A stretch of DNA of 64,000 nucleotides from Acidobacteriota bacterium (GTDB lineage: Bacteria > Acidobacteriota > UBA6911 > RPQK01 > JAJDTT01): contig OZ253580.1 of NCBI GenBank assembly GCA_965263035.1, positions 4,064,001-4,128,000 on the forward strand, written 5' to 3'. Positions 1-9,664 of this stretch are shown piece by piece. The notes under the pieces are model-generated. The model saw only the letters and a program-made list of their open reading frames with translations, was not told the origin of the DNA and searched no databases. Made by a program: the position numbers and the translations under genes. The stretch's first letter is position 1. Each line of letters starts with the position of its first letter.

Positions 1-1
1 G

Positions 2-256
2 GCGAAAGAACAGGTAAATCGTTCTCTGGCCTACTCCTATCGGGACCGGCGGCAGAAGAAGCGGAACTTCCGGAGGCTCTGGATCATCCGCGTCAACGCG
101 GCCGCGCGGGAACACAGCCTTTCCTACAGCCAGTTCATGTACGGCCTGAAGAAGGCCGGGCTGGAGCTGAGCCGAAAGATGCTGGCCGATCTGGCCATCA
201 GAGATCCAAAGGCCTTCGGCAAGATCGCTGACATGGCTCGCAGTGCCTTGCATTAG
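2..256 (+). CDS. rplT: 50S ribosomal protein L20 (5'-truncated by window edge)
   Basis: Frame 2 reads [72 protein letters not shown]; TAG at 254-256; lies upstream of pheS. Confidence 0.95.
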   Translation, partial: AKEQVNRSLAYSYRDRRQKKRNFRRLWIIRVNAAAREHSLSYSQFMYGLKKAGLELSRKMLADLAIRDPKAFGKIADMARSALH

Positions 257-315
257 GTACGCGTTCGCGTCAGGATCACAACCTCTCCCGAATTCCATAT
301 CCTGGATCTGAGTCG

Positions 316-1341
316 ATGAAGCCGGAAGATCCGACTCATCTCTGGCAGAGCTTTCAGGTTGAACTGCAGGACGTCTCGTCCAAGGTGGCGCTCACCCAGC
401 TCCGGGACCGCTATCTGAGCCGTCAAAGAGGCCTGCTGACGCTCCAGTTGAGGGGTCTCGGACGACTTGCTCCCCAGGAACGGCCCCGGGTGGGCAAGAG
501 CCTGAACCAGATCAAGGGCCGGATCGAGTCGGCCCTGGCCCAGCGAGGTCGGGAGCTTGAGTCCGGACAGCGCCGGGCTAAGCTCGAATCGGAACGTCTG
601 GATATTACTCTGCCGGGCTATCTTCCTCCTCAGGGCAGGTCTCATCCGCTGACCCGGGTGCGGCGTGAGCTGGAGGAGATTGCCGTGCGCATGGGATTCT
701 CCGTCCTCTCGGGACCCGAGCTGGAGCTGGATCACTACAATTTCGAGGCGCTCAACATGCCCAGGGAGCATCCTGCCCGGGACACTCAGGATACGCTCTA
801 CATCACCGAGAACCTGCTGCTGAGGACCCATACCTCGCCGGTCCAGATCCGGACCATGGAGCGCCAGCAGCCCCCCATCCGCATGGTGGTTCCCGGTCGC
901 GTCTACCGGCGGGACACCGTGGACGCGACTCACAGCCCCATGTTTCACCAGATGGAAGGCCTGGTCGTGGACGAGGGGATCACTTTCGGAGACCTGAAGG
1001 GCACTCTGGAAGTCTTTTTGAGAGAGTTGTTCTCCCGTGACTTGAAGGTGAGGTTCCGGCCCAGCTACTTTCCCTTCGTCGAGCCCGGTGCCGAGGTGGA
1101 CATCGAATGCATATTCTGCTCGTCCCGAGGTTGCGGGATCTGCAAGCGCACGGGATGGATCGAGATCATGGGCGCGGGCATGGTCCATCCCCGGGTCTTT
1201 TCCATGGTCGGATACGATGCCGAGCGCTATACGGGATTCGCTTGGGGAATGGGCATCGATCGGATCGCCATCCTCAAATATCGCGTCAGCGATCTGCGAC
1301 TCTTTTTCGACAATGACCTCAGGTTTCTCCGGCAGTTCTGA
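316..1341 (+). CDS. pheS: Phenylalanine-tRNA ligase alpha subunit
   Basis: NFEALNMPREHPARDTQDT, LLRTHTSPVQIR, DATHSPMFHQMEG, FRPSYFPFVEP, GFAWGMGIDR motifs. Confidence 0.98.
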   Translation: MKPEDPTHLWQSFQVELQDVSSKVALTQLRDRYLSRQRGLLTLQLRGLGRLAPQERPRVGKSLNQIKGRIESALAQRGRELESGQRRAKLESERLDITLPGYLPPQGRSHPLTRVRRELEEIAVRMGFSVLSGPELELDHYNFEALNMPREHPARDTQDTLYITENLLLRTHTSPVQIRTMERQQPPIRMVVPGRVYRRDTVDATHSPMFHQMEGLVVDEGITFGDLKGTLEVFLRELFSRDLKVRFRPSYFPFVEPGAEVDIECIFCSSRGCGICKRTGWIEIMGAGMVHPRVFSMVGYDAERYTGFAWGMGIDRIAILKYRVSDLRLFFDNDLRFLRQF

Positions 1342-1376
1342 CCCGGCCGCGCCGGGTTGCGCCGAACAGTGACGTC

Positions 1377-3431
1377 ATGAAAATCGGATGGAATTGGCTG
1401 CGGGAATATCTGGACCTCCAGGAATTGGACTCGGATCGGCTCTCCGAGGCTCTGGGAATGCTGGGTTTCCCCGTGGAGTCCGTGGAGGAGACCGAGGACG
1501 GCAGGGTCCTGGAACTGGAAGTGACGACGAACCGGCCCGATTGCCTGAATCATCTGGGCATCGCCCGGGAGGTCTCGGCGAGATTTGGCCTGGAGGTCAG
1601 AGTCCCCGACTGTTCGGAGCCATCGGGGAGAGGCGTCTCAAAGCCGAGAGCGCGGGTCGGCATCGAGGCGCCGGACCTGTGCCCCAGGTATGCCGCCCGA
1701 GTCATGACGGACGTGAGGATCGGTCCCTCCCCCGACTGGCTCAAGAGACGGATCGAGTCCGTGGGGCAAAGACCCGTCAACAATGTCGTCGACATCACCA
1801 ACTTTGTCCTCCACGAGTTGGGCCAACCCCTGCACGGCTTCGATCTGGACCGATTGAACGAGCGAAGGATCGTCGTCCGCAGAGCGGCGGAAGGGGAACG
1901 GTTGACCACGTTGGACGGAGTGGACAGGCGCCTCGACCCGTCCATGCTGGTCATTGCCGATGCCTCTCGAGCCGTGGCCCTGGCCGGCATTATGGGCGGG
2001 ATGGAAACGGAGATTTCCGACGCGACCAGGAATCTGCTTCTGGAGAGCGCCTACTTCGAGCCGTTGTCCGTCCGACGTACCGCCAAGCGGTTGGGAATGC
2101 GAACCGATGCCTCTTACCGGTTTGAGCGGGGTGCCGATCCGGACTTGGCGCCAAGGGCCTTGAACCGGGCCTGCCGGATGATCCGGGAGATTGCCGGAGG
2201 CTCCTGCGAGGGTTCGGTGATCGACGAGTTCCCCCGGCCCATTCCCGCCCGGGAGATCCGGCTTCGAAGCGGCCGGTTGACCCAGGTGCTGGGTGTCTCG
2301 GTGGATCCGGAATTCGTCGAAGAGGTGCTCGGCCGCCTGAGTTTCGAACTGGAGCCACAGGATAATGACTCCTGGATGGTTCGTGTCCCCAGCTTCCGAG
2401 CGGACGTGGGCCTGGAGGAGGATCTGGTGGAGGAGGTCGCACGCGAATACGGCTATGACCGGCTCCCCACCACCTATCCCGCCGCCGTGGCGGCCGGGAA
2501 GTTCTCCGAGTCGGAAGGACATAAGAGACGAGTGTCGTCCTCTCTGGAGGCCTGTGGATTCTATGAGGCCATGAACTACTCCTTCACCAATCCGGGCAGG
2601 GAGGAGATCTTCCTCGGCCGGCGGGTGCCGCTGGTTCCCATTGCCAACCCCCTTTCCGAGGATCACACTCATCTGAGAAGCACGCTCCTTCCCGGGTTGG
2701 CGGAATCGATTCGGCACAATCTGAATTTCGGCAACCGGAGCGTCCGTCTTTTCGAGACCGGAAAAGTCTTCTTCCAGAGAGGCGAGGATCCCGAGCAAGC
2801 GCAGGAGGCGCCGTATCTGGGGCTGGCGGCGACCGGCTCGGCCCATGGTCCATTCTGGAGCGGTGCTTCGGAGCCTTTCGGGTTTCATCACCTGAAGGGA
2901 ACCCTTCAGCTGCTTTTCCGGAAATTCGGATTCGAGGTCGAATACCGCAGGGTTTCCGGGCTGCCGTTTCTCCATCCCGGAATTTCCGCGGAGATCCTGC
3001 GGGAGGAACGCCGGCTCGGCGTCTTGGGACAGCTTCATCCCCGGCTCCACGCTCATTACAAGTTCTCTCAAGACGTACTGGTGGCGGAGCTCCGGTTGGA
3101 CGGGCTGTACGGCCGGGACCTCAAGGATCCGGTGTATGAGGTGTTGTCGCGGTTCCCGGCGGTGGAGCACGACTTTTCATTTCTCGTTGACAAGAGTGTG
3201 AGTTTCGCTAAACTGATGAATGCTATTCGGGGCTTGAGCATTCCGGAGCTTCGGGATATCAGGCTCATTGATCTCTATCGCGGCTCGAGTGTTCCCAAAG
3301 ACAAGGTTGGCTTGACTCTGCGTCTGACCTTTGCCGATATGGAGAGGACGCTGACTCTGCCTGAGGTCAAGCACCTTTGTGAAGGGGTTTTTTCCTTTAT
3401 GCGCCGGGAATTGGGCGCGGAGGGGCGGTAG
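1377..3431 (+). CDS. pheT: Phenylalanine-tRNA ligase beta subunit (short form lacking the B2 OB-fold tRNA-binding domain)
   Basis: NRPDCL, NNVVDITNFVLHELGQPLHGFD, ASYRFERG, EDLVEEVAR and a C-terminal FDX-ACB domain; 684 aa; follows pheS. Confidence 0.96.
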   Translation: MKIGWNWLREYLDLQELDSDRLSEALGMLGFPVESVEETEDGRVLELEVTTNRPDCLNHLGIAREVSARFGLEVRVPDCSEPSGRGVSKPRARVGIEAPDLCPRYAARVMTDVRIGPSPDWLKRRIESVGQRPVNNVVDITNFVLHELGQPLHGFDLDRLNERRIVVRRAAEGERLTTLDGVDRRLDPSMLVIADASRAVALAGIMGGMETEISDATRNLLLESAYFEPLSVRRTAKRLGMRTDASYRFERGADPDLAPRALNRACRMIREIAGGSCEGSVIDEFPRPIPAREIRLRSGRLTQVLGVSVDPEFVEEVLGRLSFELEPQDNDSWMVRVPSFRADVGLEEDLVEEVAREYGYDRLPTTYPAAVAAGKFSESEGHKRRVSSSLEACGFYEAMNYSFTNPGREEIFLGRRVPLVPIANPLSEDHTHLRSTLLPGLAESIRHNLNFGNRSVRLFETGKVFFQRGEDPEQAQEAPYLGLAATGSAHGPFWSGASEPFGFHHLKGTLQLLFRKFGFEVEYRRVSGLPFLHPGISAEILREERRLGVLGQLHPRLHAHYKFSQDVLVAELRLDGLYGRDLKDPVYEVLSRFPAVEHDFSFLVDKSVSFAKLMNAIRGLSIPELRDIRLIDLYRGSSVPKDKVGLTLRLTFADMERTLTLPEVKHLCEGVFSFMRRELGAEGR

Positions 3432-3454
3432 CGGCGAGTTCTGGAGCCGGACAC

Positions 3455-3712
3455 GTGGACGTTGACCAGGCATGGCGGGAACTGGAAGTTTCCACAGATG
3501 AGGCGGTGAAACTCCTGGTGCGCCTTCGGAATGAAAACGCATTGCTTCAGGAAAAAATCGATCAGCTAAACCGAGAAATGGAGGAGCTGGGTAGAGACAA
3601 CCAGATCAAGACTGGGGCGGTCGAGCGTCTGCGAAGCGACGTGAAATCGCGAGTGAAACGCATCATGGAAAAGGTGTCCACCCTGGAGCAGCATCACCCG
3701 TACGGGGTGTAG
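3455..3712 (+). CDS. ZapB-like coiled-coil cell division protein
   Basis: 85-aa heptad-rich protein between pheT and zapA, the usual position of the ZapB-like gene. Confidence 0.65.
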   Translation: MDVDQAWRELEVSTDEAVKLLVRLRNENALLQEKIDQLNREMEELGRDNQIKTGAVERLRSDVKSRVKRIMEKVSTLEQHHPYGV

Positions 3713-3719
3713 GTGAGAC

Positions 3720-4034
3720 GTGGCAGCTGAAATGGGTCAGAGCGTCACGGTCAAGATCTTTCATCGTACGTATCGTCTTCGGAGCCAAGGTGATGCTGGC
3801 CATATCCACGACTTGGCAGACTACGTGGACCGCCACATGGTCCAGGTTTCCGACCGGACGCCGACGGTAGACACGCTCAGGGTCGCCATCCTGGCCGCGT
3901 TGAGCATTGCAGACGAGTGCCTTTCCGCCAGAAGGCGGCTAGAAAGAGTTGAAGCGATGGTCTGCCGCAAGAGCGGAGAATTGAATGAGCTCTTGAGGTC
4001 CGAACTGAGTTCCGAGGGCTCCGAGCGGACCTGA
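3720..4034 (+). CDS. zapA: Cell division protein ZapA
   Basis: VTVKIFHRTYRL...LADYVDRHM...RVAILAALSIADE; followed by 6S RNA and rny. Confidence 0.9.
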   Translation: MAAEMGQSVTVKIFHRTYRLRSQGDAGHIHDLADYVDRHMVQVSDRTPTVDTLRVAILAALSIADECLSARRRLERVEAMVCRKSGELNELLRSELSSEGSERT

Positions 4035-4051
4035 GTGGACAGGAATGGAAA

Positions 4052-4229
4052 CCCGGCCCCTGCGATGTACGTGATGGTTTGTGAGATTTGAGTCAACACT
4101 CATGAATCGGGAGCCTGAGTCCGGACGTCATGAGCTTCACCGGGATCGGTGAAGCCTGGGGCCAACGGCAGGGCACCCACCTGTTTCCGACAGGTTCAAT
4201 CTCACGCTCCACACGGCAGAGCGGGGGTG
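4052..4229 (+). ncRNA. ssrS: 6S RNA (boundaries approximate)
   Basis: About 180 nt between zapA and rny (conserved synteny); terminal CCCCTGC/GCAGAGCGGGGG and GTGAGATTTGA/TCAATCTCAC pairings give the long irregular hairpin; GGGAGC and CACCCACC central motifs. Confidence 0.85.
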
Positions 4230-4296
4230 ATTCACCGCCCCGCATCGTCCCTTCCCGCATCGGTTGTTCACCCCGGCTCCGTCAGGAGCGCGCGAT

Positions 4297-5865
4297 ATGG
4301 ACCAGCTATCCGCAGTTATTCAGGTTCTCCTGGCCGTGGTCATGGCGGCCGCGATCGGGGGGTGGTATCTCCTCAAGACTCGCGTGGTGGACCGGCGGCT
4401 GGGAGAGGCTGACCGAAAGGCCCGTGAAATCAAGGAGAATGCAGCCAGGGAAGGGGAGCGGATCCGGAAGGAGAGTCTCCTCGAGGCCAAGGACCAGGTC
4501 TTCAAGTGGCGCACCGAGGCGGAGCGAGAGCTTCAGGAGCGCCGGCAGCAGAGCCAAGAGGTGGAACGCCGCCTGTCTCGGCGGGAAGAAGATCTGGAGC
4601 GGCGGGAGCGGCAGTTGCGCCGTCGAAATCGGGATTTCGAACAGCGTGTCAAGAAGCACCAGGGGCGCGAGACGCAGCTGGAAGAGGATCGGGAAAGAGT
4701 TCGCGAACTGGAGCAGGAGTGCTTCCATCGACTGGAAGCGGCCGCGGGCATGAGCATCGAGGAGGCCAAGCAATCCCTGCTCAAGTCGGTGGAAGCCGAG
4801 GCCATGAAAGAGGCTGTGGTCCTGGTCAAGAACGTGGAAGACGAGGCTCGTCGGAAGGCGGATCAAGAGGCGCGGAAGATCATCACCCAAGCCATCCAGC
4901 GATGTGCGGCCGAGCACGTGGTCGCGACCACGGTGTCCTCCGTGGATCTTCCTGCCGAGGACATGAAGGGCCGCATCATCGGAAGAGAGGGACGCAACAT
5001 CCGAGCCCTGGAACAGGCCACCGGCGTCGAGTTGATCGTCGACGACACACCCGAGGCCGTTATCCTCTCGGCCTTCGATCCCTATCGCAGGGCGATCGCC
5101 AAACTCTCCATCGAGCGTCTGATCCAGGATGGTCGTATCCATCCGGCCCGGATCGAGGAGGTGGTGGCCCAGGTCAAGCGCGATATGGAAAAGCACCTGC
5201 TCCACGAGGGGGAGCAGGTGGTCTTCGAGTTGGGGATCCACAACATGGATCCCGAGTTGGTTCAGCTCCTGGGGCGACTCAAGTACCGGACGAGCTACGG
5301 CCAGAACGTGCTCAACCACAGTCGCGAGGTGGGCTATCTGGCCGGCATCATGGCCCGCGAACTGGGAGCCGACGTTGAGGTTTGCAAGCGTGCCGGGTTG
5401 CTGCATGACGTGGGCAAGTCCATCGACCGGGACGTCGAACGAACTCATCTGCAGCTTGGTGTGGATATTGCCAAGAAATGCGGAGAGAGTCCCGACGTGG
5501 TCCATGCCATAGAAGCACACCATTTCGACGTCGAGTTCCGCACTCTGGAAGCCATGCTGGTGCAGGCCGCCGACGCCGTCTCCGCGGCACGGCCCGGGGC
5601 TCGCCGGGAGATGCTCGAGAACTACATCAAGAGGCTGGAACACCTGGAGACCATTGCCAAATCCTTCGACGGCGTGTCCAAGGCCTACGCCCTTCAAGCT
5701 GGCAGGGAGATCCGGATCATCGTCGAGAGCAGCGAGGTTTCTGACGAACAGACCTTCTGGCTCACCAAGGACATTGCCCGCCGGATCGAAGGTGAAGTCC
5801 AGTATCCAGGTCAGGTCAAGGTTACGGTAATCAGGGAGATGAGGGTGGTGGACTACGCTCGGTGA
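4297..5865 (+). CDS. rny: Ribonuclease Y
   Basis: N-terminal TM helix, coiled coil, KH domain (KGRIIGREGRNIR), HD domain (GLLHDVGK, ADAVSAARPGARRE); ATG 4297 after AGGAG chosen over TTG 4264. Confidence 0.97.
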   Translation: MDQLSAVIQVLLAVVMAAAIGGWYLLKTRVVDRRLGEADRKAREIKENAAREGERIRKESLLEAKDQVFKWRTEAERELQERRQQSQEVERRLSRREEDLERRERQLRRRNRDFEQRVKKHQGRETQLEEDRERVRELEQECFHRLEAAAGMSIEEAKQSLLKSVEAEAMKEAVVLVKNVEDEARRKADQEARKIITQAIQRCAAEHVVATTVSSVDLPAEDMKGRIIGREGRNIRALEQATGVELIVDDTPEAVILSAFDPYRRAIAKLSIERLIQDGRIHPARIEEVVAQVKRDMEKHLLHEGEQVVFELGIHNMDPELVQLLGRLKYRTSYGQNVLNHSREVGYLAGIMARELGADVEVCKRAGLLHDVGKSIDRDVERTHLQLGVDIAKKCGESPDVVHAIEAHHFDVEFRTLEAMLVQAADAVSAARPGARREMLENYIKRLEHLETIAKSFDGVSKAYALQAGREIRIIVESSEVSDEQTFWLTKDIARRIEGEVQYPGQVKVTVIREMRVVDYAR

Positions 5866-5913
5866 GTCGTATTCCGGACCCGTCGCATACGGTTCCGGAG
5901 AAAGAGTTTCCGA

Positions 5914-6738
5914 ATGAAGGTTTTTTTTGTAGGGGACATCGTGGGCAAGCGGGGGCGCAAGGTCGTTCGCCGCATGATCCCGGCTCTCCTTCGGCAGCAC
6001 GACATCGACCTGATCATTGCCAACGTGGAGAATTCCGCCGGAGGTTTCGGCATTACTCCGGCCATCGCTCGCGAGATCCTGGCCATGGGCGTGGACGTCA
6101 TGACGTCGGGCAACCATATCTGGGACAAGAAGGAAGTGCTGGAGTGCATGGGCAATGAACCCAGGTTGCTGCGTCCGCACAACTACCCGCCGGGAGTGCC
6201 GGGAAGCGGAGCCTATGAGGGTGTCACCCGTCAAGGCATTCGGTTCGGGGTTCTGAACCTGCAGGGCCGTGTTTTCATGCCCAACATTGACTGTCCCTTC
6301 CGGTGCGCCGAGGAGCAGGTCTCGCGACTCCGTAAGCGAACGGAGGTTCTGATCGTCGATTTTCACGCCGAGGCCACCTCTGAGAAACTGGCCCTGGGGT
6401 GGTTCTTGGACGGCAGGGTCTCGGCCGTGCTGGGAACCCATACCCACGTTCCCACGGCCGACACGAGGCTGTTCCCGAAAGGAACGGCGTACGTCTCCGA
6501 CGTGGGAATGACCGGCTGTTATGACTCCGTAATCGGTGTCAGTGTGGAGACTGCGCTGCCCCGTTTTCTGACCGGGATGCCCACGCGTTTCGCGGGCGCG
6601 ACCGGATTGGCCAGCCTGGCCTCGGTCCTGCTTGACATCGATGAGTCGACCGGTCTGGCGCGGTCTATCCGAAGGATTGGTCCCGACCTGCCCATGGGTT
6701 CCTCCGACGGATCGGCCGGGAGTGCTTCCGGCGGTTGA
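5914..6738 (+). CDS. ymdB: YmdB-family metallophosphoesterase (TIGR00282)
   Basis: GDIVG, NVENSAGGFG, TSGNH, DFHAEATSEK, GTHTHV motifs; rny-ymdB synteny. Confidence 0.93.
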   Translation: MKVFFVGDIVGKRGRKVVRRMIPALLRQHDIDLIIANVENSAGGFGITPAIAREILAMGVDVMTSGNHIWDKKEVLECMGNEPRLLRPHNYPPGVPGSGAYEGVTRQGIRFGVLNLQGRVFMPNIDCPFRCAEEQVSRLRKRTEVLIVDFHAEATSEKLALGWFLDGRVSAVLGTHTHVPTADTRLFPKGTAYVSDVGMTGCYDSVIGVSVETALPRFLTGMPTRFAGATGLASLASVLLDIDESTGLARSIRRIGPDLPMGSSDGSAGSASGG

Positions 6739-6739
6739 G

Positions 6740-9559
6740 TCAAGCCCGTTCCAGGGCCTGTTTCAGGAATCGCCCGGTGTAGGATCCGTCGGTGCGGGCG
6801 ATGGTCTCGGGGGTTCCCTCCGCAACCAGGTACCCGCCCCTATCTCCCCCCTCGGGACCGAGGTCGATGACCCAGTCGGCGCTTCGGATCACGTCCATGT
6901 TGTGCTCGACGATCACCACTGTGGCCTGCTTCGAGATCAGCCGATCCAGGGCTCGCAGGAGCTTCCGGATGTCGTCGAAGTGGAGCCCTGTGGTCGGTTC
7001 GTCGAGAATGAAGATCGAATTGGATCGGGTGGACTTGGCCAGGTAGGAAGCCAGTTTGATCCGTTGCGCCTCTCCTCCCGAAAGAGTGGTGGAGGATTGG
7101 CCCAGTTTCAGGTATCCGAGGCCCACCTCTTCCAACACCTTGAGCTTTTTCGAAAGGCGGGGAAAGGATCGAAAGAACTCCAGGGCCTCGGTCACGGTCA
7201 GGTCGAGCACCTGCGCGATATTCTTGCCCCGGACGCCGATTTCCAGGATCGTGGACTTGTATCGGCTCCCGCGGCAGTCTTCACACATCAGCTCCACGTC
7301 GGCCAGGAACTGCATGTTCACCGTAGAGAAGCCCGCTCCGTCACAGGTTTCGCAGCGGCCTCCCGGGATGTTGAAGGAGAAGTGGCCGGGACGGAAGTTC
7401 TGGCGCTGCGATGCCCTCTGTGATGCGAAGATCTGGCGAATTTCGTCGAACGCCTTGAGATAGGTGACGGGGTTGGAGCGCGGCGATTTCCCGATCGGCG
7501 ACTGGTCCACCAGCAGGACCTCCTCGACCTGTTCGGCGCCTTCTATGCTGTCGAATTTTCCGACCTCGCCCTTCCATTGGGACTTCAGTTTCTTCAAACC
7601 GGCGTAGATCACGTCCCCCACCAGGGTCGATTTTCCGGACCCTGAGACTCCCGTGATGCAGACCATCAGTCCCAGGGGCAGCCGCACGTCCAGATTCTTC
7701 AGATTGTGCTGGCGGGCTCCCCGGACGGTCACGAACCGGTCGCCGCAGGCGCGCCGGTAGAAAGGAGTGGGGACCCTGCGCTCGCCGCGAAGATATTGTC
7801 CGGTCAGGGAGTTGGCGGCGGACCGCAGGGAGTCCACGCTGCCGCTGTAGACCACGTAGCCTCCATGCACTCCGGGCCCGGGGCCCAGGTCCACCACCTG
7901 ATCCGCCGATTCGATCATTTCCCGTTCGTGCTCGACCACCACGATGGTGTTACCCAGGTCCCGCAGATTCCTCAGGATGGAGATGAGGCGCCGCGTGTCT
8001 CTGGGATGGAGTCCCACGGAGGGTTCATCGAGTACGTAGAGGGTTCCGGTCAGGGACGAACCCAAGGCCGCTGCCAACTGGATCCTCTGCATTTCACCCC
8101 CGCTCAGGGTGCTGGTGATGCGATCCAAGGCCAGGTACTCGAGCCCGACCTTCATCAGAAAATCGAGACGTTGCCGGATCTCTCTGAGCAGGGAATCCGC
8201 CACCGCCAGCTGACTCTCATCCAGGAGAAGCCGGCGAAAGAATTCCTGGATTTCCTGAATCGGCATGGAAGTGAGTTGAGAAATGCGGCGTCCTCCCAGC
8301 TGAACGTCTCTCGCCTCCTGGCAGAGGCGTTCTCCCGAACAGTCGGGGCACCGGGTGTATCTCCGGTATCGGCTGATCAGGATCCGGATGTGCATCTTGT
8401 ACTTCTTGCGTTCCAGGTAGGCGAAAAATCCCTTGACTCCCGGAAAGCCGTCGCTCCCGTCCCAGATCCGGCGCCGAACCGCCTCGGACAGATCCCGGTA
8501 AGGGACGTCCAACGGGATTCCCTCTCGAAGCGCGTACTCCTGCAGCTTCCTGCCGAATTTTCGATGGCGCGGTTTGTTGAAAGGGTCTACGGGTCCCTCG
8601 GCCAGCGTCCTTGCCGGGTCCGGAATGATGAGGTCCGGATCCAGGGTGATGGTGCTCCCGAAGCCATGGCAGGTTCGACAGGCTCCAAAGGGATTGTTGA
8701 AGGAGAACAGCCTGGGTTCCGGAACCCGATAGGAGATCCGGCAGTACTGGCATTCGAGCCGCTGGGTGAACTCCAGATCCCGCTCGGTGCTCCGGCCGTC
8801 CATCGAAAGGATCGAGATCCGGGCGGCCCCTCCACCGTGGTGAAAACAGGTCTCCAGGGAATCGCTCAATCGTTGGCGCGCGGTGTCTCGAACCACAACT
8901 CGATCGACCAGCACGCGAGCCCTCGAAAGCTCGGCGACCGGCGGTCCGTCCTGGACCTGGACCACCCGGAGGCGTCCCGCTTCTTCCAGCACGAGGCGAT
9001 GGAATCCCTGTTTCATCAGTTGGCCGGCCAGCTCCTTGGAGGGCGCGTCGCGTTCCGGCTGCAGGATGGACCCGGCCAAGGAAAAGCAGAGATAGAGCCG
9101 AGTGGCCTCCGGGAGCCGAAGCAGTTGTTGCACCACCTGCTCCACGGTGTCGCGCTTCACCTGCCGGCCGCAGCCACGACAGACCAGAGTTCCGATACGG
9201 GCGTAGACGAGACGGAGGTGGTCGTAGATCTCGGTGACGGTTCCCACCGTCGATCTGGGGTTTCGGGAGATCTTCTTCTGCCGGATGGCGATGGCAGGAC
9301 TGAGCCCCTCGATCTCCCGGACCAGGGGCTTGCGGATCCGTTCCAGGAATTGCCGGGCGTAAGCCGACAATGACTCCACGTAGCGGCGCTGACCTTCGGC
9401 ATACAAGGTGTCGAACGCCAGCGAAGACTTGCCCGATCCGCTGACGCCGGTGATCACCGTGAGCCGGTTGATTGGGATCCGAAGATCGATGTTCTTCAGA
9501 TTGTTCTGGCGCGCTCCCGCGATTCGGATCCAAGCGCCGTCATGCTCGTCGCTATTCAT
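6740..9559 (-). CDS. uvrA: Excinuclease ABC subunit A
   Basis: Two GVSGSGKS Walker A motifs, two LSGGE signatures, zinc fingers; start placed at ATG 9559 (MNSDEHDGAWIRIAGARQNNLKN) because the longer ORF overlaps the divergent gene. Confidence 0.95.
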   Translation of the reverse strand: MNSDEHDGAWIRIAGARQNNLKNIDLRIPINRLTVITGVSGSGKSSLAFDTLYAEGQRRYVESLSAYARQFLERIRKPLVREIEGLSPAIAIRQKKISRNPRSTVGTVTEIYDHLRLVYARIGTLVCRGCGRQVKRDTVEQVVQQLLRLPEATRLYLCFSLAGSILQPERDAPSKELAGQLMKQGFHRLVLEEAGRLRVVQVQDGPPVAELSRARVLVDRVVVRDTARQRLSDSLETCFHHGGGAARISILSMDGRSTERDLEFTQRLECQYCRISYRVPEPRLFSFNNPFGACRTCHGFGSTITLDPDLIIPDPARTLAEGPVDPFNKPRHRKFGRKLQEYALREGIPLDVPYRDLSEAVRRRIWDGSDGFPGVKGFFAYLERKKYKMHIRILISRYRRYTRCPDCSGERLCQEARDVQLGGRRISQLTSMPIQEIQEFFRRLLLDESQLAVADSLLREIRQRLDFLMKVGLEYLALDRITSTLSGGEMQRIQLAAALGSSLTGTLYVLDEPSVGLHPRDTRRLISILRNLRDLGNTIVVVEHEREMIESADQVVDLGPGPGVHGGYVVYSGSVDSLRSAANSLTGQYLRGERRVPTPFYRRACGDRFVTVRGARQHNLKNLDVRLPLGLMVCITGVSGSGKSTLVGDVIYAGLKKLKSQWKGEVGKFDSIEGAEQVEEVLLVDQSPIGKSPRSNPVTYLKAFDEIRQIFASQRASQRQNFRPGHFSFNIPGGRCETCDGAGFSTVNMQFLADVELMCEDCRGSRYKSTILEIGVRGKNIAQVLDLTVTEALEFFRSFPRLSKKLKVLEEVGLGYLKLGQSSTTLSGGEAQRIKLASYLAKSTRSNSIFILDEPTTGLHFDDIRKLLRALDRLISKQATVVIVEHNMDVIRSADWVIDLGPEGGDRGGYLVAEGTPETIARTDGSYTGRFLKQALERA

Positions 9560-9648
9560 TGAAACATGCGAGTCTATCACCGATCCGAACCAGGCATCAG
9601 GACTTGGGATTAGTGGTTGGCGATTCGGAATTCGGCCTCCTTGCCCCG

Positions 9649-9657
9649 TGGTATAGT
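9649..9657 (+). promoter_or_regulatory. Extended -10 promoter (TGgTATAGT), probably leaderless transcript
   Basis: TG-N-TATAGT ends 7 nt before ATG 9665; no Shine-Dalgarno sequence. Confidence 0.55.
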
Positions 9658-9664
9658 GCCCCCA